A stretch of DNA of 64,000 bases from the NCBI GenBank assembly GCA_965208125.1, contig OZ242320.1:3456001-3520000 (forward strand), read 5' to 3'. The number at the start of each line of letters is the position of its first letter. Positions within the stretch are counted from its first letter, which is position 1. The position numbers and the translations under genes were made by a program. This DNA comes from Candidatus Latescibacterota bacterium. Its GTDB lineage: Bacteria > Latescibacterota > UBA2968. The notes under the pieces are model-generated. The model was not told where the DNA came from. It saw only the letters and a program-made list of their open reading frames with translations, and made no database searches. Of this stretch, positions 19,574 to 29,457 are shown piece by piece.

Positions 19574-20545
19574 TTACGGCCTTTGCGCGCCTTTTGCTTC
19601 AAGGTACACTGAGTACAAACACATGCCGCCTGTCATGAAGAGGCGGTTTTTTTTGTGTCCGCCAAAGCAGAGATTGGAACACACTTCGGGCAGGTGAATT
19701 TTGCCAATGAGGTCGCCATTGGGCGCGAAAATTTTGACGCCGTTGTCTTCGGGGTTGCCCCAGCCCGAACTGCTCCACAGGTTGCCGTCAATGTCGCAGC
19801 GAATCCCATCGGCAAATCCGGGTGCCATGTCGGCAAAGATGCGACTGTTTTTGAGGTGGTTATTTTCCACATCAAAAGCGCGAATATGTGCGGGACCTCC
19901 CAATCCATGAGAGGACCCGGTATCGGTGATGTAGAGAATTTTTTCGTCGGGTGAGAAACACAGTCCGTTGGGGCGCACAAAATCGTCGGTAACAACTGTG
20001 GCATTTCCAGTATTGGGATCGAGGCGATAGACGTTGGTGGGCAGTTCGCTTTCGGCAATGTTGCCTTCGTAGTCGAGCATGATGCCGTACCCCGGATCGG
20101 TGAACCATATACTGCCATCGGAATGCGCGGTGACGTCATTGGGTGCATTGAGAGGTTTGCCCTCAAAGCTGTCGATGAGTACGGTGATGGTTCCGTCGTA
20201 TTCGGTGCGCGTGACGCGCCGCGTGCCGTGTTCACAGGTGATCAGACGACCTTCCCGGTCGCGGGTGTGACCATTGCAATAATTGGAAGGTTGACGATAG
20301 ACGCTGAGGCTGCCATCACTTTCGTTCCAGCGCATGATGCGATTGTTGGGGATGTCGCTGAAGAGCACACAACGCGCGTCTCCAAACCACACCGGGCCTT
20401 CACCCCAGCGCAAGCCAGTACAGAGGCGCTCGACTGCGGCGTTGCCTATGGCGTATTTTTCAAAGCGCGTGTCCAGAATTTCGATGGCGGGGTCGGGATA
20501 AGGGACAGGGCTGCCGTCCCAGGAACGGGTTTTCCAATCGGACAT
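19574..20545 (-). CDS. SMP-30/gluconolactonase family protein
   Basis: WGEGPVW, PND, FTDP, PNGLCFSPD, DGI. Confidence 0.92.
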   Translation of the reverse strand: MSDWKTRSWDGSPVPYPDPAIEILDTRFEKYAIGNAAVERLCTGLRWGEGPVWFGDARCVLFSDIPNNRIMRWNESDGSLSVYRQPSNYCNGHTRDREGRLITCEHGTRRVTRTEYDGTITVLIDSFEGKPLNAPNDVTAHSDGSIWFTDPGYGIMLDYEGNIAESELPTNVYRLDPNTGNATVVTDDFVRPNGLCFSPDEKILYITDTGSSHGLGGPAHIRAFDVENNHLKNSRIFADMAPGFADGIRCDIDGNLWSSSGWGNPEDNGVKIFAPNGDLIGKIHLPEVCSNLCFGGHKKNRLFMTGGMCLYSVYLEAKGAQRP

Positions 20546-20657
20546 TTTTTCTCCTTAGAAGCGGTTTGATGTCTGCGCTTACGATGGGCTTCAACGAGTA
20601 CCGTACTTTGAAGAGCTGCAGGTATAAGAGAGGATGGGAGGAGGGGATTTAATCCAA

Positions 20658-20805
20658 CGAAAATTCTATTGGCATAAACATCCAGACTTTGCGGCGTTCT
20701 CCCTGGTGTTTGCCGGGGCGGAATTATTGTCGCTTCAGCGAAAATTCTATCGGCATAAACATCCAGACTTTGCGGCGTTCTCCCTGGTGTTTGCCGGGGC
20801 GGAAT
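20658..20805. repeat. 67-bp direct repeat, two copies (20658-20724 and 20739-20805), period 81
   Basis: Copies are identical except one T/C mismatch; duplicates the tonB 3' end. Confidence 0.95.
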
Positions 20806-21476
20806 CGATATTGCCGCGCCGCCTCTAATGCCGCTTTTTTGAAAATTTCCGGGCCGTGTACAAACTGGACGTCTTCTACGTTGCCTATCTTGTCAACCAG
20901 TACTTTGACCATGGCTTTGCCTTCGAGGCCCTTTTTTCGCGCTTCAACGGGATATTCCGGTACGACAATTCGACTTGGGTGTGGTTTGTAGTCAATCTCA
21001 GTATAGTCGAGCGGTTCGTCTAAGTCAGGTCCCTTTGTGCTTGCTAAATTGGGGATAAATATTTTGTCGAGGTCCAATTCCGTTGATTCAATTGTCACAT
21101 CCTCGGGTACCTCGTCGCCTTCAACGGCCAATGGTACCTGCGGGCGTGGGGGCGGTGGCGGGCGTTTTTGTTGACTGGTTTCGGGAATATTTACTGTTTG
21201 AACCTTGATGGCCGATTTCGTCAGGTGTACGGTGGGATGGTATTCGGGGTAGAGCAAAGTAGCGGCGATGAAGAGTATGAGATTCAACAGGCTCGCGCGC
21301 ATCATGTTCGGCCAGTAGGGCAACTTCAAGTCAGCAGAAGGGTTTTTTGAGCGCGTTTCTATCTGAACATCGCAGGGCTGGGCAGATAGTCTTTTTTGAA
21401 ATTCGCGCTGAGCCTGGCGCGCCTGATAAATTTGACCACTTAGTGTATTTCCAAATCTAATCTGGACGAGGTTCAT
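20724..21476 (-). CDS. tonB: TonB family energy transducer
   Basis: TM anchor, PPPPPRP linker, PEYP..AR...EG.A.V C-terminal domain; true start probably downstream of 21476. Confidence 0.85.
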   Translation of the reverse strand: MNLVQIRFGNTLSGQIYQARQAQREFQKRLSAQPCDVQIETRSKNPSADLKLPYWPNMMRASLLNLILFIAATLLYPEYHPTVHLTKSAIKVQTVNIPETSQQKRPPPPPRPQVPLAVEGDEVPEDVTIESTELDLDKIFIPNLASTKGPDLDEPLDYTEIDYKPHPSRIVVPEYPVEARKKGLEGKAMVKVLVDKIGNVEDVQFVHGPEIFKKAALEAARQYRFRPGKHQGERRKVWMFMPIEFSLKRQ

Positions 21477-21703
21477 GCGTTTCCCGTTTAATAAACAATT
21501 TTGATCAGTCAGGTATTCTTTAAATTTTCAACGAAGAATAAAGTTCCATTTCTACGGATCAGAAGGGCAGTAGAAAACAACAATTTATATGAGTCTGAGG
21601 CGTTTGTCCAGACGAATCCGTATCAAACCAGTTGTGTTTTGGGGCGATGAATTGTAATATAAAGGCGATATTTAGGTTATGACAAAACTTATTGGAGGAA
21701 GAG

Positions 21704-22705
21704 ATGAATCGTCAGATTACGCTGGCCGCACGTCCTGAAGGATTTCCCGTACCGGAGGATTTTAAGCTCGTTGAAATGCCTATTCCAGAGCCGGGCGAAG
21801 GCGAAGTGTTGTCGAGAACGCTGTTTATGTCTGTTGATCCGTATATGCGCGGGCGGATGAATGATCGGGCATCGTATGCGGCAAATGTGCAAATTGGCGA
21901 TGTGATGGTGGGAGGTACGGTGGGTGAGGTGATCGCGTCGAATGATCCGAATTTTGGGGTTGGCGATATTGTCCAGGCGCAAATTGGGTGGCAGGCTTAT
22001 GGTGTGTCTAAGGGATCGAATTTGCGCAAGGTCAATCCAGATATTGCACCTGTGTCAACGGCTTTGGGGGTGTTGGGAATGCCTGGGCTTACGGCGTATT
22101 TTGGATTGTTGGAAGTTGGGCAACCCAAAGAAGGCGAGACCGTGCTGGTGACGGGTGCTGCTGGTGCTGTGGGATCAATTGTGGGACAAATTGCCAAAAT
22201 CGTGGGCTGCCGCGTTGTGGGTGTGGCGGGATCGGATGAAAAGATCGCCCATGTGGTTGATGAGTTGGGTTTTGACGCCGCTTTCAATTACAAGGAGGTC
22301 GATGATTACAGCGCCGAATTGCAACGCCAGTGTCCCGATGGCATTGATGTATTCTTCGACAATGTAGGGGGCGCAGTTTCCGATGCGGCCTTTCCCCTGA
22401 TGAATGTGCGTGGTCGCATTTCTGTTTGCGGGCAAATATCGCAGTACAATTTGACCGCTCCGGAACAGGGTCCGCGGATGATGTGGTACTTTATCTCTCA
22501 GAGATTGACGATGCGCGGCTTTCTGGTTTTTGACTTTGAAGACCAGCATGCCGAAGCACTCAATCAGATGGCTATTTGGGTCAATGAAGGACGGATTAAA
22601 TATCGGGAAGATATCTGGGAGGGGTTGGAGAATGCTCCCGAGGCATTTATCGATATGATGCGGGGTGGTAATGTTGGGAAGCGCGTAGTAAAGGTGGCGG
22701 ACTGA
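21704..22705 (+). CDS. NADP-dependent oxidoreductase (CurA/PTGR family)
   Basis: SVDPYMRGR, GMPGLTAYFG, GAAGAVG, DNVGG. Confidence 0.92.
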   Translation: MNRQITLAARPEGFPVPEDFKLVEMPIPEPGEGEVLSRTLFMSVDPYMRGRMNDRASYAANVQIGDVMVGGTVGEVIASNDPNFGVGDIVQAQIGWQAYGVSKGSNLRKVNPDIAPVSTALGVLGMPGLTAYFGLLEVGQPKEGETVLVTGAAGAVGSIVGQIAKIVGCRVVGVAGSDEKIAHVVDELGFDAAFNYKEVDDYSAELQRQCPDGIDVFFDNVGGAVSDAAFPLMNVRGRISVCGQISQYNLTAPEQGPRMMWYFISQRLTMRGFLVFDFEDQHAEALNQMAIWVNEGRIKYREDIWEGLENAPEAFIDMMRGGNVGKRVVKVAD

Positions 22706-22707
22706 GT

Positions 22708-23466
22708 ATGATAGATTATCAGATCGAACATTTTCATCGCAATGGATTCTTTTTTGTTTCAAATCCGTTGGGCGATGATGCTATGTTCGAGATTGACCAA
22801 CGCCAGCGAGCGGTTGAACCGGAGTGGTTAAAGGCCGAGTGGGCAGCGGGTTTTAACCGGGGGGCCTGTCAGTTTTTTATGGTTGGCGAGCCGTTGTTGC
22901 AGGCGGTGGAGCGGCCGGAATTTGTGGATATGGCGCGGCGCATTTTGGGGTGTGAAGATGTGCATGTGGGCGCGTGCGGGTTGGGCGATGCGTCGAAGAT
23001 TGTGTCGGCAGATGGGCGTTTGCTGCAGCAAGTCCACTGGCACGCGGATGGGGGACCAGATGTACAGCAGGTGTCAATGCGTACAGCATTGGATAGACAC
23101 GACCCATCCAATGCGCCGTTGCGCGTATTGCCCGGCACCCATGTCAGATCCCGCGAGGAGGTCGAAGAAGAATTGCGACAAATCGAAATTGCCACGGGAC
23201 AGCACGATGAGATGCCCGAGTTGTTATTTGCCCCACACCCCCGCGAGGTGGAAGTGATTCTGGATCCGAGATGGACGCTGGTGTGGACGCCGAGTTGCTG
23301 GCATGCGACGGGTGTGAAGACGGCTGCGGGTCCAAGGCGTGCGATGGCGTGGAATTATTTCCCGAGCGGTGGTCGTAAGCGAGATGTGGAGGCGCTGAAG
23401 TACGTGATTGAAGGTTGGGAGGATTGGTCCGATGACCGAAAGCGGTTATGGGGGCTTGTGGCGTGA
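22708..23466 (+). CDS. PhyH-family Fe(II)/2OG dioxygenase
   Basis: WHAD, LRVLPGTH, WHA. Confidence 0.8.
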   Translation: MIDYQIEHFHRNGFFFVSNPLGDDAMFEIDQRQRAVEPEWLKAEWAAGFNRGACQFFMVGEPLLQAVERPEFVDMARRILGCEDVHVGACGLGDASKIVSADGRLLQQVHWHADGGPDVQQVSMRTALDRHDPSNAPLRVLPGTHVRSREEVEEELRQIEIATGQHDEMPELLFAPHPREVEVILDPRWTLVWTPSCWHATGVKTAAGPRRAMAWNYFPSGGRKRDVEALKYVIEGWEDWSDDRKRLWGLVA

Positions 23467-23524
23467 AGGCGGATCAGGATAAGAGGGGGCTATCTGAGAG
23501 CGGCGCACAGGTTTGGTGCCGCTC

Positions 23525-24661
23525 TTATTTTTTTGATATCATTACCAATGCGCCGATGGCATATATTCCACCGCCAATGAGAAAAATCCAGTCCGATGAC
23601 AAATGTACTTGCTGTGTCATCCATCCGAGCATAGGGCCTGTTGCCGAGCCGAGGTCAGATGCTGTTACGTATCCGGCAACTGAACGCGAACCGCGCATTC
23701 CCGCCTCGGCGTGCATTATTACCGTTGCGCCAACACCACACAAAAAAAATACCACCACGCACAAGATCAACAATCCCATATTGGATGTGATTGACGCAGA
23801 GAACAGAGCCAACATCCCTATGCCAAAATAAATAATTGCACTCCGCCGCCGTCCCAACCGATCACTGATGTGGCCCAGAAAAGGGGCACCGATCGCGTCG
23901 GCAATCCACCGTGAAGATAGCAACAGGCCGTTTAATGTGGCTACGCCAATGACCATACCCAACAGGTTCAGCGATGTGCCCACGGTTTCGACGAGGACTA
24001 CTCCCAGGGTGGACATTAAAATGCCCGGCCCAACGCACCCGATCACAAAACCGCAAATCATTAATTTGGGTACCCAGCCCGAGTCTTCAACACTTTCTTT
24101 TTTTTGACTTTCATGTAAAACGGCGCGTCGAGCCAACCAGCCCAGGGGTGTTCCCAGCAACGAGATGATGGCGAATAAAAAGAGTGTGAGTGTAAATCCA
24201 ATGATGTCGTGAGCCAGCCCGCCCAAAGAATTGCCCGCCAACGACCCAAGGCGCGATACGCCGTTGTAAAATCCCATCCTGTGACCGATCATTGATGGCG
24301 GCGTGGTATCTACTACAGTCATCAAACCAATCTGGCGTATAAATGACCAGGATAATCCCCAGAGCATGCGCGCGATAAGCAAGATGGGAAAAGAGGTGAA
24401 AACCCCGTAAACGGCGGTCAATACGGCTCCGAGAATCAAGGAACCTGTCATCAAAGCCGTCAGATTATAGCGCTGGCACAATTTTTCAGCCAGGGTGTTT
24501 GTTATCAGGCGCACCCAGCGATTTACAGAGAGAATGATGCCGACCTGATAAGGCATCAGTCCAATTTCGGCATAATGCGTTGGCAACACGGAGTACAACA
24601 TCTGGTCGCCCAGCAATGAAAATGCCGTAGCCAATGCAATGAATACTACAGACGACTGCAT
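23525..24661 (-). CDS. MFS transporter
   Basis: Many TM segments; GHISDRLGRR motif A. Confidence 0.88.
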   Translation of the reverse strand: MQSSVVFIALATAFSLLGDQMLYSVLPTHYAEIGLMPYQVGIILSVNRWVRLITNTLAEKLCQRYNLTALMTGSLILGAVLTAVYGVFTSFPILLIARMLWGLSWSFIRQIGLMTVVDTTPPSMIGHRMGFYNGVSRLGSLAGNSLGGLAHDIIGFTLTLFLFAIISLLGTPLGWLARRAVLHESQKKESVEDSGWVPKLMICGFVIGCVGPGILMSTLGVVLVETVGTSLNLLGMVIGVATLNGLLLSSRWIADAIGAPFLGHISDRLGRRRSAIIYFGIGMLALFSASITSNMGLLILCVVVFFLCGVGATVIMHAEAGMRGSRSVAGYVTASDLGSATGPMLGWMTQQVHLSSDWIFLIGGGIYAIGALVMISKK

Positions 24662-25386
24662 TACGGATGATGTTCGACATTTTCTCCGCGATGCTCGCCG
24701 TCGATAAATGCCTGAGTAAATGCCGTTACCTGTGTAATTGCATCTTCCACGAGTGCTGCGCCGGCTTCTGCGGTGGCTTCCAGCGGTTCTTTATCTATTT
24801 GGTCCTGCATTGCATCGTGGCGCACGTTTTCGGGCCACAGTGCCAGCGCAAATGCCGTTTCAAATTCCTGCGCGTGTCCCGGATAGCGTTTTGTTTTTAA
24901 ATTCTGCTCGGCAACATCTTTTGACATGAGATCCCAGTAAGAAGTCCATTGTAGATTTACGTCGGGACGGTCGATCTTAAAAAACAACCGCCATTGACCA
25001 AATATGCCCCGCAGGGGAGCTACATTGCCGCCGTGACCATTTAGCACAATGACATTTTTTACGCCATGACGCACCAGGCTTTCGACTGCGTCGAATAACA
25101 CGGCCAACCACGACCCGGGTTTGGCTGTCACGGTTCCTTTGTGTACCATATGGTGTTCGGAGATGCCCACGGCCATCGGTACATTGACAATTACCTGGGG
25201 ATACAATCGTTTGGCGGCCTCCACCGCGACATGGGCTGACGAAGCGGTATCGTGCTCCATTGCCAGGTGCTCTAAATGCTGCTCGTTGCTTCCCACCGGA
25301 ATAATCGCCGTTTGAAATTCTCCGCGCGCCAGTGCTTCCCGAAACTCGCGTCGCGTCAATTTCGCCAGCAGTACTTGCTCGCTCAT
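24661..25386 (-). CDS. Creatininase family amidohydrolase
   Basis: PVGSNEQH..HL..D, NGHGGN, HA..FET. Confidence 0.9.
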   Translation of the reverse strand: MSEQVLLAKLTRREFREALARGEFQTAIIPVGSNEQHLEHLAMEHDTASSAHVAVEAAKRLYPQVIVNVPMAVGISEHHMVHKGTVTAKPGSWLAVLFDAVESLVRHGVKNVIVLNGHGGNVAPLRGIFGQWRLFFKIDRPDVNLQWTSYWDLMSKDVAEQNLKTKRYPGHAQEFETAFALALWPENVRHDAMQDQIDKEPLEATAEAGAALVEDAITQVTAFTQAFIDGEHRGENVEHHP

Positions 25387-25406
25387 TGCGTTTCTCCTTA
25401 TGTTAA

Positions 25407-26144
25407 TTAATCTTGTGAATAATACTCCGCGGTCTGGTTAGATGATGCCTCTGTGCCATTACGTCTCTGAATTAATCCCCTCATCGCCCTGTACATGAAA
25501 TAAATCGAAATAGTAGCCCAAACAAATGCAATTGGATATGCCAATATCTCTATGCCGAAATACCGCGCCAATATTCCCGCATCGGTCCGTTCTGTCTGCA
25601 TCCACAAATCTGTGCGAAAATCGTACAAACTGTACAAACACAAGACAATACCGATCCACGTTGCCAACAGATGGGATAAGCGACCAAATCGAATCGTTAC
25701 GACAATCAGTACGAGACCGCAGGTCGCGCCAAACCAGAAATCGAGTGTCCCAAATGGTGTGTACAGTGCAGCCATTCCAATTTGCATAACACCGATCAAT
25801 CCGAGCAATATTCTTTGCGTGCCCAGCCAGCGGCCCGTATAAATCAGCAATGCACCGAGAATGGCCGATCCCACATAACCCGCTGAACTGATGAGTGGAA
25901 ATATTCCCCCTCGGCTGATCACATGCCCCGATTCATTCCACCGTACGCGCAGTTCCTCTACTTCACCACCTGTTGCAATCGCCATACTCGCATGGCCCAT
26001 TTCGTGTATCCATACCACAAATACGCGAAACGGTTTTATGACCGGCGTGTCCCACAATGCCAGGGCGATAACCGCCAATAGCAGATGCAGCCAGAATGTT
26101 CTTATTATGATCATTCCCAATACAAACCTATCGTCCGGATTCAA
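25407..26144 (-). CDS. M50B-like membrane metallopeptidase
   Basis: HEMGH, SAGY, TDA; start uncertain. Confidence 0.8.
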   Translation of the reverse strand: MNPDDRFVLGMIIIRTFWLHLLLAVIALALWDTPVIKPFRVFVVWIHEMGHASMAIATGGEVEELRVRWNESGHVISRGGIFPLISSAGYVGSAILGALLIYTGRWLGTQRILLGLIGVMQIGMAALYTPFGTLDFWFGATCGLVLIVVTIRFGRLSHLLATWIGIVLCLYSLYDFRTDLWMQTERTDAGILARYFGIEILAYPIAFVWATISIYFMYRAMRGLIQRRNGTEASSNQTAEYYSQD

Positions 26145-27102
26145 GATTCACGGAAACGGCGTCCAATTTATCTCGCAATGCGGCATCCAGAATCCATCCC
26201 ACGCCCCCGATATTGTCCTCTAAATGCGCGATGGTGTCGCCACCTGTAATTGCCACGGTCACTTCGGGATGCGACAGGACCCAGGATAGGGCGACTTGTC
26301 CCGGTGTTTTGTCCAGTTCATCTGCGATATCAAATAGGGTTGTTAGCACTTTTCCCTCTGCGCCCGCCATCATGGTTTCGTATTGGTCCATTCGGCGTTT
26401 TGCCCATAGTGAACCTTCTGGAGGTGGTGCGTCGGGTTTGTAAAATCCGCTCAATAGTCCCACGGCTAATGGACTGTAAACCATTACTCCCAGCCCCTCG
26501 CTTCGCACAAAGGGGAAAATTTCTCGCTCCAATGCGCGGTGTAGCAGATTGTATGGATTTTGCATGCACATATAAGGCGCCAGATTCAATGTGTGTTGAA
26601 TCCAGAGGGCTTTGCACGCTTGCCATGCCGAATGGTTGCAACACCCGATATAGCGCACTTTGCCCTGATGTACCAGGTCGTCCAGTGCGCGTGCGGTTTC
26701 TTCAATGGATGTCGATTCATCGAAGTTATGTACGAGATACACGTCGATATGATCGGTGTCCAATCGGTTCAGTGAGCGCTCTACTTCCCGCATGATGTGA
26801 TAGCGGGATAGACCCTGATCATTAGGTCCCGTGCCGATGCGGCTAAATACTTTCGAGGTGATTACCACATCATCGCGCTTGCCCTTTAGAGCTTTGCCCA
26901 ACACGACTTCCGAACGCCCGATATGCGTACGATCATCACCGGGCCCATAGGTATTGGCGCAGTCGATTAAGTTTATGCCCAGATCTATCGCCCGCTCAAT
27001 AACCCTTTGTCCTTCTGCTTCGTCTGCCTGTCCGCGGAATCCCAGGCCCAGTGCCACCCGGCTTACTTTTACACCCGCTGAACCAAAATTGACATATTCC
27101 AT
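26128..27102 (-). CDS. Aldo/keto reductase
   Basis: DCANTY, ITSK, IDVYLVH, YSPLAVG. Confidence 0.92.
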   Translation of the reverse strand: MEYVNFGSAGVKVSRVALGLGFRGQADEAEGQRVIERAIDLGINLIDCANTYGPGDDRTHIGRSEVVLGKALKGKRDDVVITSKVFSRIGTGPNDQGLSRYHIMREVERSLNRLDTDHIDVYLVHNFDESTSIEETARALDDLVHQGKVRYIGCCNHSAWQACKALWIQHTLNLAPYMCMQNPYNLLHRALEREIFPFVRSEGLGVMVYSPLAVGLLSGFYKPDAPPPEGSLWAKRRMDQYETMMAGAEGKVLTTLFDIADELDKTPGQVALSWVLSHPEVTVAITGGDTIAHLEDNIGGVGWILDAALRDKLDAVSVNLESGR

Positions 27103-27123
27103 AAATCTACTCCCGTTAATTGT

Positions 27124-28404
27124 TCATATTTTCGCCAATAAGATTGGGGCGAGTTTATCTCTTGTTTTGTGTGCCCAGGCTTGCAGGTGAGTTTTCAAAT
27201 TTGCGACGGTTTCAGAGCTTGCCATTTCTTGCCAGCGATTTTGACGTTCACCCGGGTCGCTGGGCAAGTGATACAGTTCGGGTTTTCGCACGGTTGACAA
27301 AATTAGTTTCCAATCGCCTGAAACCACACACCGCTCTTCTCCTTTATCGAGTTCGGGCTGATTGGGGCCTTCGCCTTTTTTATCGATAAATGGCGTATTT
27401 ACTATGACAAGTGCCTCGCGTCCTGTTTTGCCACTCTGTCGGATTGAATCGCTGAGGTCTATACCATCGAGGCCCTCGGAGACTACATATCCCAGAAGGC
27501 CGAGGATCGTCGGTATCAAATCGACCGAACTGATGAGGGATTCGTCGATTTTACCACTGGAAATCGCTGAAGGAAATCGCATGAGCAGGGGGATGCGCGC
27601 GACAATGTCATAACAGAGGCGTTTGCTGTGGTCATTCCACCGGTGGTCAAAGAGGTGACCGTGTTCGGAGGTAAAGACGACGAGGGTATTTTCTGCTATT
27701 CCTTTGTCATCGAGTGTTTTCAACAGGTCGCCAACTGCATCGTCAATCGCTGTACACATCGCGTAGTATTTGCGCCGTTTTTCGTCCTCGGGGTAGAGTT
27801 TTTGATAAAGTGCTTCGTATTTTTTGGGGACAGAATAAGGCGGATGGGGAGGATAATAGGATACATAAGCACAGAATGGACGCGCGTCATCTTTGCGAAT
27901 AAAATCAATGGCGTCTTGTGCCAGCACATCCGTTTGATACACTTTTTTGTCGTCGATTGTGTAATAATGCCCTTGCCCACGGCCATCGCGGGGATATGTG
28001 GGCATTGTCTCCCAGGCGTCTCTCGATGGATCTCCCAGATGCCATTTGCCAAAGTAGGCACACCGATATCCCACAGCTTTGAGGAAATCGGGAAAAAGCG
28101 GTATTTCTGGATCTATATCCCATGTGTTTTCGAGCACGCCGTGATTGTGCGGATAAAGGCCCGAGAAAATTGTGCCGCGATTTGGCGCGCAGACGGGTTG
28201 TGCGGCATAAGCTCGGTCAAATCGCATTCCGTCTGATGCCAACCGATCCAGATTGGGTGTTATAATGCCTTTTTTTCCGTAACATCCCACGCCATCCTGG
28301 CGCTGTTGGTCCGTTAAGATGAATAGCAAATTGGGTTTTGGCTCTGCGGTAGCCGTGCTGCCAACTGCTCCTGAGAAATTTCTGCGCGATACATTTTGTG
28401 CCAT
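27124..28404 (-). CDS. Sulfatase (Cys-type) with vestigial Tat-like N-terminus
   Basis: CAPNR, GKWH, PHPP, SEHG; N-terminal SRRNF. Confidence 0.9.
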   Translation of the reverse strand: MAQNVSRRNFSGAVGSTATAEPKPNLLFILTDQQRQDGVGCYGKKGIITPNLDRLASDGMRFDRAYAAQPVCAPNRGTIFSGLYPHNHGVLENTWDIDPEIPLFPDFLKAVGYRCAYFGKWHLGDPSRDAWETMPTYPRDGRGQGHYYTIDDKKVYQTDVLAQDAIDFIRKDDARPFCAYVSYYPPHPPYSVPKKYEALYQKLYPEDEKRRKYYAMCTAIDDAVGDLLKTLDDKGIAENTLVVFTSEHGHLFDHRWNDHSKRLCYDIVARIPLLMRFPSAISSGKIDESLISSVDLIPTILGLLGYVVSEGLDGIDLSDSIRQSGKTGREALVIVNTPFIDKKGEGPNQPELDKGEERCVVSGDWKLILSTVRKPELYHLPSDPGERQNRWQEMASSETVANLKTHLQAWAHKTRDKLAPILLAKI

Positions 28405-28405
28405 A

Positions 28406-29419
28406 TCAACTCCCATTACATTTCACCAGTCGTTTGCCAATATTATCACCTCGCAGCATGCCGATGAATGCCTGGGGTGCGTTTTCCAATCCTTCGACAA
28501 TATCTTCCCGGTAATTGAGCCGACCTTCCTTTAGCCAAGCCGACATCTGCTGTAATCCCTCGGCGTGTTGATCTGCGAAATCGCCCACCAGGAATCCCTG
28601 CATGTGCAACCGCTTGCCAATAAAGCCACTCATCATCCGGGGGCCCATTTCCGGTTCGATGAGGTTGTATTGTGAGATTTGTCCGCAAACGGAAATTCGA
28701 CCCCACATGTTCATGAGGGAAAAAACCGCATCGGTAATGCTTCCGCCCACGTTGTCGAAGTACACATCTACACCATTGGGGCATAAGCGTTGCAATGCGG
28801 CGCGGTAGTCCGCTGTGGTTTTGTAATTGAATGCGCCATCAAAACCCAGACCGTCAATGGCATAGTTCACTTTTTCATCGCTGCCAGCTATGCCAATGGC
28901 GCGGCATCCTTTGATTTTTGCAATTTGCCCGACCAGCGATCCCACGGCACCGGCGGCTGCCGAAACCACGACGGTCTCATCGGCTTTGGGTTTGCCGACT
29001 TTCAGTAAGCCAAAATAGGCTGTCAATCCCGGCATGCCGAGAATGCCGAGTGCGGTTGAAACGGGTCCCAGTGAAGGATCTATTTTTCGGAGGCCCTGTG
29101 CCGAAGAAACCGCGTAAGCCTGCCATCCGTGATCGGCCCAGACAATATCTCCGGGCTGAAACTCAGAGTGGTTGGATGCGATTACTTTGCTTACACTCCG
29201 CCCAATCATAACCGCACCAATTTCTACATTTGGTGCGTAGGATTTTCGATCATTGATGCGCCCGCGCATATAGGGGTCAACGGAGAGGTACTGCGTTTTC
29301 AAGAGCAGTTCCCCTTCGCCGGGGTCGGGGATGGGCGATTCCTCAATTGAGAAATCGGATGTTTTGGGATATCCGACTGGACGCGCTGCCAATCGAATTT
29401 GAATATTTTTCTCTGCCAT
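28406..29419 (-). CDS. NADP-dependent oxidoreductase (CurA/PTGR family), second paralog
   Basis: SVDPYMRGR, GMPGLTAYFG, DNVGG; start reset to MAEKN. Confidence 0.92.
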   Translation of the reverse strand: MAEKNIQIRLAARPVGYPKTSDFSIEESPIPDPGEGELLLKTQYLSVDPYMRGRINDRKSYAPNVEIGAVMIGRSVSKVIASNHSEFQPGDIVWADHGWQAYAVSSAQGLRKIDPSLGPVSTALGILGMPGLTAYFGLLKVGKPKADETVVVSAAAGAVGSLVGQIAKIKGCRAIGIAGSDEKVNYAIDGLGFDGAFNYKTTADYRAALQRLCPNGVDVYFDNVGGSITDAVFSLMNMWGRISVCGQISQYNLIEPEMGPRMMSGFIGKRLHMQGFLVGDFADQHAEGLQQMSAWLKEGRLNYREDIVEGLENAPQAFIGMLRGDNIGKRLVKCNGS

Positions 29420-29457
29420 AGAAATAGTGCTCCTGATTTTTCGGTGGTTTGGATATC

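Noticed and set aside
20658-20805. DGR template/variable repeat pair or CRISPR array
   Set aside because: Only two copies with one mismatch; no reverse transcriptase, cas genes or spacer series in the window
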